Origin: Candidatus Latescibacterota bacterium
GTDB lineage: Bacteria; Latescibacterota; UBA2968
Assembly: GCA_965116885.1 (NCBI GenBank)
Contig: OZ220741.1
Coordinates: 2,272,001-2,336,000, forward strand
Length of the DNA stretch: 64,000 nt
Direction of reading: 5' to 3'
In this document: positions 56,376 to 64,000 of the stretch, piece after piece
Layout of the letters: the number at the start of each line of letters is the position of its first letter
Position numbering within the stretch: the first letter of the stretch is position 1
Notes under the pieces: generated by a model
Databases searched by the model: none
The model's input: the letters and a program-made list of their open reading frames with translations, nothing else
What the model was told of the DNA's origin: nothing
Made by a program: the position numbers and the translations under genes

Positions 56376-57646
56376 AACTCCTCGTCGTTGGTAGAGGCGG
56401 GCGCGAACACGCCTTTGTCTGGAAACTTGCCCAGAGCAACAAGGTCACCAGGTTATACGCAGCACCCGGAAGCCCGGGTATGGCGCAATATGCCGAATGT
56501 GTCGATATTTCGGATAGCGATCTCAATGGTCTGGCAGATTTTGCACAACGAGAGGGCATTGACATTTCGGTCATCGGTCCTGAAGCCCCTCTTGCAGATG
56601 GTATTGTCGATGTTTTCGCGGAACGGGGTCTCGCTGTTTTTGGTCCGACACAGGCAGCGGCGCAAATTGAAGCGGACAAAGACTTTGCGCTTGAACTTAT
56701 GCACAAATACGATATTCCAACAGGTGCTTACGAAACTTTTGTGGATGCTGAAACGGCTAAAGAACGGCTCAGGGAATGGCAACACCCGCTCTATCTCAAG
56801 GTGAGCGGTCTCGCTGCGGGCAAAGGGGCGATTTATTGTGAGACGCTGCAAGATTCGTATAAAACTGTGGATGAAGTGATGGTGCAACGCGTTTTTGGAG
56901 ATTCGGGTGATAAGCTCGTTGCAATGGAGTTGCTCGAAGGGGAAGAAGCGTCGATATTTGGATTTTCAGATGGGGAAAATGTTGTTTGTGTTGTGCCTTC
57001 GCAAGACCACAAGACGATTGGCGAGGGCGATGTGGGTCTCAATACGGGCGGTATGGGTGCGTATGCCCCTGCTCCGATTATTACGCCTGAACTTTTTGAC
57101 GATATTGTTCAGCGTATTATGAAGCGCACGGTACACGCCCTGGCACAGGAGGATCGTCCATACAAAGGCATTCTCTACGGTGGTATTATTGTCACGGCTG
57201 ATGGTCCCAAAGTAATTGAATTTAACTGCCGCATGGGCGATCCAGAAACGCAGGTGGTTCTCCCATTGATCAAAACCGATTTCGTAGATATAATTGAGGC
57301 TGTGTGCAATGGTTCGGTGGCGGATCTCAATATTGAACTCGACAACCGCGCGGCGACCTGCGTGGTTATGGCTTCGGGGGGCTATCCCGAAGCTTATGAT
57401 ACGGGTTTTCCCATTTCCGGGATTGATCGCGCCGAGGCACCGGGCGATGTGATCGTTTTTCACGCTGGCACGGGACGCGAAGACGGTCAACTCGTCACCA
57501 ATGGGGGGCGCGTTATCGGCGTTACTGCAATCGGCGATACGATCAAATCTTCTATTGATCGCGCTTATGAAGCCGTGAGCAAAATTAATTTTGACAGAGC
57601 CTATTTTCGAAGGGATATTGGACATCGCGCTTTGACAAGTGCGTGA
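56372..57646 (+). CDS. purD: Phosphoribosylamine--glycine ligase
   Basis: GGREHA, GPEAPL, GLAAGKG, QDHK..GLNTGGMGAY, EFNCRMGDPE, RRDIG. Confidence 0.97.
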   Translation: MKLLVVGRGGREHAFVWKLAQSNKVTRLYAAPGSPGMAQYAECVDISDSDLNGLADFAQREGIDISVIGPEAPLADGIVDVFAERGLAVFGPTQAAAQIEADKDFALELMHKYDIPTGAYETFVDAETAKERLREWQHPLYLKVSGLAAGKGAIYCETLQDSYKTVDEVMVQRVFGDSGDKLVAMELLEGEEASIFGFSDGENVVCVVPSQDHKTIGEGDVGLNTGGMGAYAPAPIITPELFDDIVQRIMKRTVHALAQEDRPYKGILYGGIIVTADGPKVIEFNCRMGDPETQVVLPLIKTDFVDIIEAVCNGSVADLNIELDNRAATCVVMASGGYPEAYDTGFPISGIDRAEAPGDVIVFHAGTGREDGQLVTNGGRVIGVTAIGDTIKSSIDRAYEAVSKINFDRAYFRRDIGHRALTSA

Positions 57647-57681
57647 GTGAGAGGGTTCCTCTTACAATGAGGAGGTAAAAA

Positions 57682-57945
57682 ATGGCACTTATAGAACATG
57701 GTAAGGTACAAGATGGGAGTATTTTGCTCTCCAAACCTTTGCCCTTGCCCGAAGGGACAGAAGTGGTCATACATGTTGAACCGATTAACTCTGCTCGCGA
57801 AAGCACCACATTCGATGAGCACGAAAATTTTACCGCCTTACCTTTCTTTGGTATGTGGGCGGAACGCGAAGACATGAGTGATAGCGCATCATGGGTGCGA
57901 AAGGAAAGAAAAAAGTGGCGCCAACGAATCATACCCCAGGATTAA
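57682..57945 (+). CDS. Antitoxin-like small protein (AF2212/DUF104-like)
   Basis: G.VQDG.I....PL.LPEGTEV.I N-terminus and FFGMW..R..M..S..WVR..R tail; SD GAGGAGG. Confidence 0.65.
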   Translation: MALIEHGKVQDGSILLSKPLPLPEGTEVVIHVEPINSARESTTFDEHENFTALPFFGMWAEREDMSDSASWVRKERKKWRQRIIPQD

Positions 57946-57990
57946 CGGTCATTCGTCCATACTGAACACGAGTTTTATTTTTCAACCAAT
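57946..57990 (+). pseudogene. Possible eroded PIN toxin N-terminal stub
   Basis: IRPY then frameshift then NTSFIF, resembling the PIN start xxYLDTSxx; nothing recognisable follows. Confidence 0.25.
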
Positions 57991-58034
57991 TTGGCTACTA
58001 AGCGTTATAACGTGTATATTTCTGGAGGCATACG

Positions 58035-59132
58035 ATGTCTTACAAAGCAGCGGTTATTGGTCTGGGGCGTATGGGCAGTACATTTGATGACGAAATCACG
58101 CAGGGCGGGTCTATTTTCTTACCCTATTGCCATGGTCCCACTTATTGTGCGCATCCGCAAACCGATCTCGTTGCTGGGGCTGATCCCCACGATGAGCAGC
58201 GCGCTCTGTTTGGCGAGCGGTGGGGTGTTGATAGCGACCATTTGTATGCCAATCATCGCGATTTGCTGGAAAAGGCAAGACCCGATATCGTCAGTGTGAC
58301 CACCACAGCGCGTTACCGTCCGCAAATTGTACTGGACGCTGTTGAGGCTGGTGTGAAAGCCTTGTGGGTGGAAAAACCCATTGCCTTTAGTCTGGAAGAA
58401 GCCGATGCTATGGTCAATGCTTGCCTGGAAAATGGCGTTCCCATCGCCGTGTATTGCTCGCGTCGTTACAATCCCTATTTCAGTGAAGCTCGTCGCATGA
58501 TCGAAGCGGGGGAGCTTGGCGATATTCTCCAGATTACGGCTTATGCCCAGTGCGGTTTGTCACACAATGGCAGTCATGCGATTGATACCATTCGCTATCT
58601 CGCTGGTGGCGATGTTTCATGGGTTTTTGGCGAGATGGCGTCGGATGGGGAAGCTGCATCTGATGACGATCTGATGGGCAATGGGTATATTGCTTTTAAC
58701 AATGGCGTTCGGGCGTATCTTCGCGGGACATCGACAGGTGTTGCTTCCTGGGAATTTGATATTATTGGGACAAAGGGCAGGGTTCGCACGTTATCGGATG
58801 CGCTTGAGTTTGAGTTTTTCCAGAGGGTTTCGGGCGGCCTGGGGAACCGGGGTGTCCCCGCGCGGTCCCCTTTCCCGCAGCCAGCGCGTCCCGTGGGTCA
58901 GGGTATTACGACTGTGGATGATTTGATTGATGCTATGGAGAATAACCGTCCGCCGCGTTGCTCTGGAGCCGATGGTCGCGCTGCTCTGGAGGTTGCTATT
59001 GCACTTCGGGAATCCCATCGCCGTGGCGGTGCCCGCATTGACCTGCCCATTGAAGACAGGTCGCTCAAAATTTTTTCCAGCGAGACCCAAGCTGACCACA
59101 CACCTGCGCGCGTGCGCCGGTTGAATCAATAA
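58035..59132 (+). CDS. Gfo/Idh/MocA oxidoreductase
   Basis: GLGRMG, VEKPIA, HNGSHAID. Confidence 0.9.
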   Translation: MSYKAAVIGLGRMGSTFDDEITQGGSIFLPYCHGPTYCAHPQTDLVAGADPHDEQRALFGERWGVDSDHLYANHRDLLEKARPDIVSVTTTARYRPQIVLDAVEAGVKALWVEKPIAFSLEEADAMVNACLENGVPIAVYCSRRYNPYFSEARRMIEAGELGDILQITAYAQCGLSHNGSHAIDTIRYLAGGDVSWVFGEMASDGEAASDDDLMGNGYIAFNNGVRAYLRGTSTGVASWEFDIIGTKGRVRTLSDALEFEFFQRVSGGLGNRGVPARSPFPQPARPVGQGITTVDDLIDAMENNRPPRCSGADGRAALEVAIALRESHRRGGARIDLPIEDRSLKIFSSETQADHTPARVRRLNQ

Positions 59133-59159
59133 ACAAAGCCAAACCAAAGGAGATATTTT

Positions 59160-59615
59160 ATGGCAGACCCAGTTGTTGGCATTATTATGGGCAGTTCTTC
59201 GGATGAACCCACGATGGTAAAAGGCTGCGCCATTCTCGACGAACTCCAGATTCCCTACGATATGATTGTATGTTCCGCCCATCGCAATCCCGAGCGTACC
59301 GCTGAATACGCCAGTACGGCAAAGGCGCGTGGTCTGAAGGTGATCATTGCAGGTGCTGGATTGGCCGCAGCACTACCCGGTGTGATTGCCGCGCATACGA
59401 CTTTGCCGGTTGTTGGCGTTCCATGCGCTTCGGGTGCGCTCAACGGCGTTGATGCGTTATACGCTATTGTTCAGATGCCTCCGGGGGTTCCCGTTGCGAC
59501 TGTGGGTATTGACAATGCGCGCAATGCCGCTGTGCTGGCAGCGCAAATTCTCGCGCTTTCAGACGAGGGCATACAAGAGCGCCTGCAAGCCTATAAAGAT
59601 GCTCTGGGAGGATAA
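59160..59615 (+). CDS. purE: N5-CAIR mutase
   Basis: IIMGSSSD, SAHRNP, AGAG.AAALPG, PVVGVP, VQMPPGVPVATV. Confidence 0.97.
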   Translation: MADPVVGIIMGSSSDEPTMVKGCAILDELQIPYDMIVCSAHRNPERTAEYASTAKARGLKVIIAGAGLAAALPGVIAAHTTLPVVGVPCASGALNGVDALYAIVQMPPGVPVATVGIDNARNAAVLAAQILALSDEGIQERLQAYKDALGG

Positions 59616-59631
59616 TACACGGAGGTCTTTT

Positions 59632-60144
59632 TTGAAACGACATATATTTGTTTTTGTTGCTCTTCTTTTGGTAAGCTGCGACGCGCCCGAAACAGATCGC
59701 GCATCGAATACGGACCAGTATCTCATTCCCGCGACGGCAGAGGAGATTCTCAAGGATGTGAAAAATACCGATGCCAGGGTCGTTCTCGTCAATGTCTGGG
59801 CAACGTGGTGTCCACCATGTGTTGAAGAGTTTCCAGATTTGATGGCCGTTTATAATCAGTACAAAGACCAGGGCTTAAAGCTCGTCTTTATTTCTGCTGA
59901 TTCCGAAGGTCAGGCCGATGGCGCGATTGCCTTTCTCAAAGCGCACGGTGTTGACTTTCCGAGCTATATCAAGTTGAAGAGCGATGGAGCGTTTATCAAT
60001 ACATTAGATCCCGACTGGTGGGGCGCAATACCCGCGACCTGGCTATACGACAGTGCGGGCAATAAACGCCATTTTTGGCTCGGGAAGACCTCGCGCGAAC
60101 AATTTGAAGCGAAAATACGCGATGTATTGATGGAGGGCGGTTAA
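59632..60144 (+). CDS. TlpA-like thioredoxin lipoprotein
   Basis: TTG start after GGAGG; LVS-C lipobox; NVWATWCPPC; IP.T. Confidence 0.88.
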   Translation: MKRHIFVFVALLLVSCDAPETDRASNTDQYLIPATAEEILKDVKNTDARVVLVNVWATWCPPCVEEFPDLMAVYNQYKDQGLKLVFISADSEGQADGAIAFLKAHGVDFPSYIKLKSDGAFINTLDPDWWGAIPATWLYDSAGNKRHFWLGKTSREQFEAKIRDVLMEGG

Positions 60145-60218
60145 GGGATACTTTGGGCGTGTCTGTCCAACATGAAGACTATAGATATTCTCATACCACC
60201 AAATATCAGGAGGATTCC

Positions 60219-60830
60219 ATGCGTAAATTATTAGCCATTGCACTTGTCGCAACGATGGGTTTCAATGCCGACGCGGGCAAAAGCGAAACTCTCGCATTGG
60301 GCGCGGAAGCACCGGCAACTGACCTGGAGATGAAGGGCACGGATGGTAAGATGTACACTCTGGAGAGCGTGCGGGGAGAGAAGGGTACTCTGGTGATTTT
60401 TTCGTGCAATTCCTGTCCCTGGGCGGTCAAATGGGAAAGCCGCGTAGCCAGTATTGGCAATGCGTATCGCGGCAAGGGTTTTGGTGTTATTGTGATTAAT
60501 CCCAATGATCCCAAACGCGCTGCCGTAGATGGTTTTGACGAGATGGTCGCGCGCGCCAAAACGCTGTCTTACGAGTTTCCCTATGTGGTCGATCCCGCAT
60601 CCCAGGTCGCGCGCGCATTTGGCGCCAGCCGCACGCCAGAAATTTTTCTTTTTAATGACAAAGGCAAGCTGGCGTATCACGGCGCGATTGATGATAATGC
60701 TTCGGATGCCAATGCCGTGGAAGCGGCGTACCTAAAAGACGCGCTGGATGCATTGTTGGCTGGAGAAGCGATTTCAATATCCGAGACCAAAGCTCTCGGG
60801 TGTAGCATCAAGTTTAACGAAGATTCGTAG
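60219..60830 (+). CDS. Exported AhpC/TSA-like thioredoxin family protein
   Basis: Signal peptide; CNSCP, RTPE.F, YHGAIDD, GCSIK; start reassigned to 60219 (SD AGGAGG). Confidence 0.88.
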   Translation: MRKLLAIALVATMGFNADAGKSETLALGAEAPATDLEMKGTDGKMYTLESVRGEKGTLVIFSCNSCPWAVKWESRVASIGNAYRGKGFGVIVINPNDPKRAAVDGFDEMVARAKTLSYEFPYVVDPASQVARAFGASRTPEIFLFNDKGKLAYHGAIDDNASDANAVEAAYLKDALDALLAGEAISISETKALGCSIKFNEDS

Positions 60831-60847
60831 GGAAGGAGGATGAGAAG

Positions 60848-61090
60848 ATGAGTGTATCATCCGCTTATAGGGAAATCATTGATTTTATTGCAGAGGGGAT
60901 AAACCCTGAAGATTTGGTAGCTTTTCATCCATCTGAAACTGCCAAAAAGCAAGTCGCCGATCTGGTCTATCGCGAGAAAACAACAGGACTTACTACAGAA
61001 GAGACGGCTGAACTCAATCACTATTTGGAACTTGAGCATCTGATGCGTCTTGCTAAAGCCCGTACCCGCCACTATTTGAAAGATGAGTAA
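60848..61090 (+). CDS. Small helical protein, putative antitoxin of the HNH gene
   Basis: 80 aa, LT.EE.AEL..Y..LEH.MRLAK; 8-bp overlap with the HNH gene. Confidence 0.7.
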   Translation: MSVSSAYREIIDFIAEGINPEDLVAFHPSETAKKQVADLVYREKTTGLTTEETAELNHYLELEHLMRLAKARTRHYLKDE

Positions 61091-61526
61091 AACCTATATC
61101 AGCGTTGCTTTGCGACAACTTGTGATAACACGCGCCAAGAGGCTGTGCGAATACTGCCTGATTCACGAAGATGATGCCTATTTTGGATGCGAAATTGATC
61201 ACATCATTAGTGTGAAACATGGCGGACCAACAGAAGATAGCAATTTGGCCTATGCGTGTTTGTTCTGCAATCGCAACAAGGGTAGTGACATTGGGTCTAT
61301 CGTGAGACAAACGGGACAATTTTATCGTTTCTTTAATCCTCGTATTGATCATTGGGCAGATCATTTCGCTTTGAACGGCGTGAGAATTGATACTCTTACA
61401 GAAATAGGCGAGGTGACTGCTCGTATTTTGGATTTCAATCATATAGACCGTTTAATTGAGCGTCAGGAATTGGAGACTTTTGGCTATTATCCTCCCCCTG
61501 ACGCTCTTGTATTAATTTCAAGGTAG
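61083..61526 (+). CDS. HNH endonuclease
   Basis: RA..LCEYC, EIDHII..KHGG.T..NLA.AC..CN..KG, FNPR...W.DHF. Confidence 0.92.
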   Translation: MSKTYISVALRQLVITRAKRLCEYCLIHEDDAYFGCEIDHIISVKHGGPTEDSNLAYACLFCNRNKGSDIGSIVRQTGQFYRFFNPRIDHWADHFALNGVRIDTLTEIGEVTARILDFNHIDRLIERQELETFGYYPPPDALVLISR

Positions 61527-61604
61527 CATAGCAGATCGCCCGAGTTTTATCGAATTTTATCCAGACTGAAAAAAGTCGCGTGCGTTTTGAAAGGAGCGCT
61601 TATT

Positions 61605-62792
61605 ATGACTCTTAGTGAACAACAGATTTCGGACTATCATGAGGATGGTTATCTGATTATTCGCAATGTTTTGTCCGCGACTGAAGCCAATGACCTTCGT
61701 CGCGTCGTGCAAGAAAAGGTCAAACGCGGTGCGTATCCACCAAAGCTTTTGTATCCCGAGCCAGCGAAATACACGGTGAGTGGCAACAGGCTGTCAGAAC
61801 CGGGGCTTAATTCGATTTCCGAGCATCCGACGGTTGTTGGTGCGGTGGAGTCCGTGCTGGGGCAACCCGCGCATTTGACGGCTTTTGTCGCGTATCTGAG
61901 AACGCCGGGCGATAAGGGGGGTGGTGCCCACTGCGATTACAAGCGGTGGCGTCCCGTGGGTTCGTCGATGAACTGGGTGTTTGCCATTATTCCGTTGACT
62001 GATTTCGATCCGGTGTATGGCCCCTTTCTGGTGTCGCCGAAATCGCACAAACTGACGCGGGTAATTGACGAGGAGGCACATATTTTAGATGTCAATCGGC
62101 CCGATAGGAGCCAGTTGCCGGATTTTATCGATCCAGAGCTTAAAGCGGGGGATTTGCTGATTGTCAACGAGCATGTCTGGCATGAAGCACCTGCTGGTAC
62201 GAGTACAGAAGACCGTTGTGGTATTTTCAATAAGTATTGTGCGATAAACGCGCCGCCTGCCGCAGGGTATTATCCGTATAATCCCGCCGCCCTTGAGGCT
62301 TTAAGCGACGATGGTAAACGGCTTATTCCCGTGTGTTTTGACAAGCCGATTGAGACGACACGTCTGCTTATCGAGTGTCCTAATGGCGGAGAGCCGAGGT
62401 TCTTGCTGCGACGCGATGATGCGACGACTTGTTGGGCGTTGCCGGGAGGCGAGGGATGGGAAGAGGAAAAGTTGGTCGGCTGGGATGTCGGCGCGCGTGT
62501 AGGCTCTTTGCAAGAGCTTACCAGGACGCAACTTGGTCTGGAGGTGCCGTGGGTGTCGTATATCGAAGATGTGGAAGAGGAAGAGGGTATTTGTCGCGTT
62601 TATGGTTTCTCGGATGAGAATATAGACGCCGATGCGCTGGCAAACGGAGACTGCGACTGGTTCACTAAAGCACAGATACAACATCTCGGCGAAGGTGATG
62701 CGATTAGTCGCACTGTTGATCTATGGCAGCGAACAGATATTATTCGCGGCAAGGGGAAGGCGTGTAATCAGAGTCGGAAGCAGTTTGAATGA
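61605..62792 (+). CDS. Phytanoyl-CoA dioxygenase (PhyH) family protein with C-terminal Nudix-like domain
   Basis: YHEDGYL, HCD...WH triad, PKSH, LKAGD; C-terminal FLLRR..WALPGG. Confidence 0.82.
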   Translation: MTLSEQQISDYHEDGYLIIRNVLSATEANDLRRVVQEKVKRGAYPPKLLYPEPAKYTVSGNRLSEPGLNSISEHPTVVGAVESVLGQPAHLTAFVAYLRTPGDKGGGAHCDYKRWRPVGSSMNWVFAIIPLTDFDPVYGPFLVSPKSHKLTRVIDEEAHILDVNRPDRSQLPDFIDPELKAGDLLIVNEHVWHEAPAGTSTEDRCGIFNKYCAINAPPAAGYYPYNPAALEALSDDGKRLIPVCFDKPIETTRLLIECPNGGEPRFLLRRDDATTCWALPGGEGWEEEKLVGWDVGARVGSLQELTRTQLGLEVPWVSYIEDVEEEEGICRVYGFSDENIDADALANGDCDWFTKAQIQHLGEGDAISRTVDLWQRTDIIRGKGKACNQSRKQFE

Positions 62793-62812
62793 GTTGGTTT
62801 TAAATCGTTCAA

Positions 62813-64000
62813 TTATTCTTTTTTAAACACAACGACTCGGTTGGTGTTTGTACCTTTTTTTCTGTTATCGACGCCCCAAACATTGGCAGTTTTAGTGAAT
62901 TCCTGGTCGTTGATTAAGACGAGCAATGGCGTGAGTCCCGCTTCGATGCCGCACGGGATAACCGCTTCTTCGAGTTTTACTTTGCCGTGTCTGACTTCGC
63001 CGACTTCAAAGGCGATATGTCCGCCGGGTTTCAAGACGCGCTTTAATTCGAAAAAGACCTTTGTCATTTCGCGTTGCCATTGCTCTACTTTTCTCGCCAT
63101 AGTGATGGGAACAGTTGCAGGGTCTATCCCGCAAAACCAGCATCGCAACCAGTTGTCCTGTGCGTAGTTGACGACATCGAGAAACGGTGGGGAGGTTACG
63201 ACAAGGGATACAGAGTTAGACGCGATTTGGGGAATGCTATCTGATGGTTGCGTAAGAAAGCGCGCCTGATTAGAAGCGCATTTCAATATTTTTCGAGTTT
63301 GATCGTCGCAATTTTTTAATAGAGTACGCGTTTTTTTAAGGATGCTATCTTTGACATCTCTTAACGGTGGTTCTTGATTTCTTTTTTTGTTGATCTTTTT
63401 TTGTGAATCAATAGAGACAGCCTGGTTGGGTGGCAGGGTATAAACCGAAAAAAAACCGGATGAGTGACCCGTCAATCTGCTCAGTGCGATCAGACGAATC
63501 CATTGATCGATCCAATCGAGTTTGCCAGCTTTTTCTTTAAGATATTTTTTTAAGGCGCAAATCTGCTTAAGGGTTTCCGGGTGATAAAAGACCAGTAATT
63601 CTTCTGGGTATTTATCGACATCTTTGAATTCTATATGGGATAGCCTGTCGGCGACTTGTTCGGTTGTGGGGGGATTCAGGCGAGGGAGTGTCAGAATAGA
63701 ACTCAGCGGATTGATGTCGCATCCTATGGGAACGCGGCCCAAAAGCGCGGATTCGATGAGTGTTGTACCCCGCCCGGCAAAGGGGTCATAGACTGCGTCG
63801 CCCGGTATGGTTAATCGTTCGATAAAGAATCTGGGGAGTTGGGGCTTGAAGCACGCTCGGTATGATATTTCGTGGAGTGCGTTGGCAGCTCTTTGTTTGG
63901 CGGTCCAAAATTCGTTTACGTAAGTTTCAAGGCGAATCTGCTCTGTCTCCGTAGAGGTCACAATCGTATTTTGGCCAAATGCGTTGAAATCAGCCAATTC
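62813..64000 (-). CDS. N4/N6 DNA methyltransferase (probably 5' partial)
   Basis: DPFAGRGTT (motif I) precedes VTSPPF (motif IV); frame is open to the window edge. Confidence 0.88.
   Translation of the reverse strand, partial: ELADFNAFGQNTIVTSTETEQIRLETYVNEFWTAKQRAANALHEISYRACFKPQLPRFFIERLTIPGDAVYDPFAGRGTTLIESALLGRVPIGCDINPLSSILTLPRLNPPTTEQVADRLSHIEFKDVDKYPEELLVFYHPETLKQICALKKYLKEKAGKLDWIDQWIRLIALSRLTGHSSGFFSVYTLPPNQAVSIDSQKKINKKRNQEPPLRDVKDSILKKTRTLLKNCDDQTRKILKCASNQARFLTQPSDSIPQIASNSVSLVVTSPPFLDVVNYAQDNWLRCWFCGIDPATVPITMARKVEQWQREMTKVFFELKRVLKPGGHIAFEVGEVRHGKVKLEEAVIPCGIEAGLTPLLVLINDQEFTKTANVWGVDNRKKGTNTNRVVVFKKE

Noticed and set aside
59386..59631. N-terminal extensions in the ORF track (also 26609-26869, 41997-42050, 44797-44883, 55432-55515)
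   Set aside because: Most overlap neighbouring genes; downstream starts give signal peptides, SD sites or typical domain starts.
60848..62792. Prophage or transposon around the HNH gene
   Set aside because: No integrase, transposase, phage structural genes or terminal repeats seen.

Overview
Bacterial chromosomal window, about 50-55% GC by eye. The gene content (PorV/PorQ barrels, T9SS-like C-terminal domains, a DUF6785-type membrane protein, several Gfo/Idh/MocA enzymes, a PhyH-family enzyme and a sulfatase) suggests an FCB-group organism such as Latescibacterota or Gemmatimonadota; this placement is inference only. I saw no rRNA, tRNA, CRISPR array, transposase or prophage. Layout: (1) 0.6-13.3 kb holds two outer-membrane cassettes, one with a TonB-dependent receptor, a large CTD protein and a PorV-like barrel, the other with only a CTD protein and a PorV-like barrel. 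A sensor-less sigma54 activator lies between them, with a readable UAS/IHF/-24-12 promoter. (2) A sigma54-driven pspA locus and a GTAG-type REP cluster. (3) A tight operon of CASTOR/POLLUX-like channel, MscS, a degenerate 5'-nucleotidase fused to a predicted beta-barrel, and an NTT nucleotide transporter. (4) ileS (type 2), preceded by an unannotated leader peptide with Ile codons and an attenuator. (5) A long minus-strand run: heme-motif porin, gamma-CA, a degenerate primase-like protein, argH/argG, catabolic enzymes, truC, FKBP, a MoxR-AAA/GXGXG/metallopeptidase-like-vWA triad, and a polyamine-type ABC transporter with duplicated binding proteins. (6) pyrH-purD-purE, redoxins, toxin-antitoxin-like genes, a PhyH-Nudix-like fusion and a DNA methyltransferase cut by the window edge. 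The best candidates for undescribed systems are the CTD-protein/PorV cassettes, the MoxR-GXGXG-vWA triad, the channel/pseudo-nucleotidase/NTT operon and the ileS attenuator. All calls come from motif reading by eye; no searches were run.
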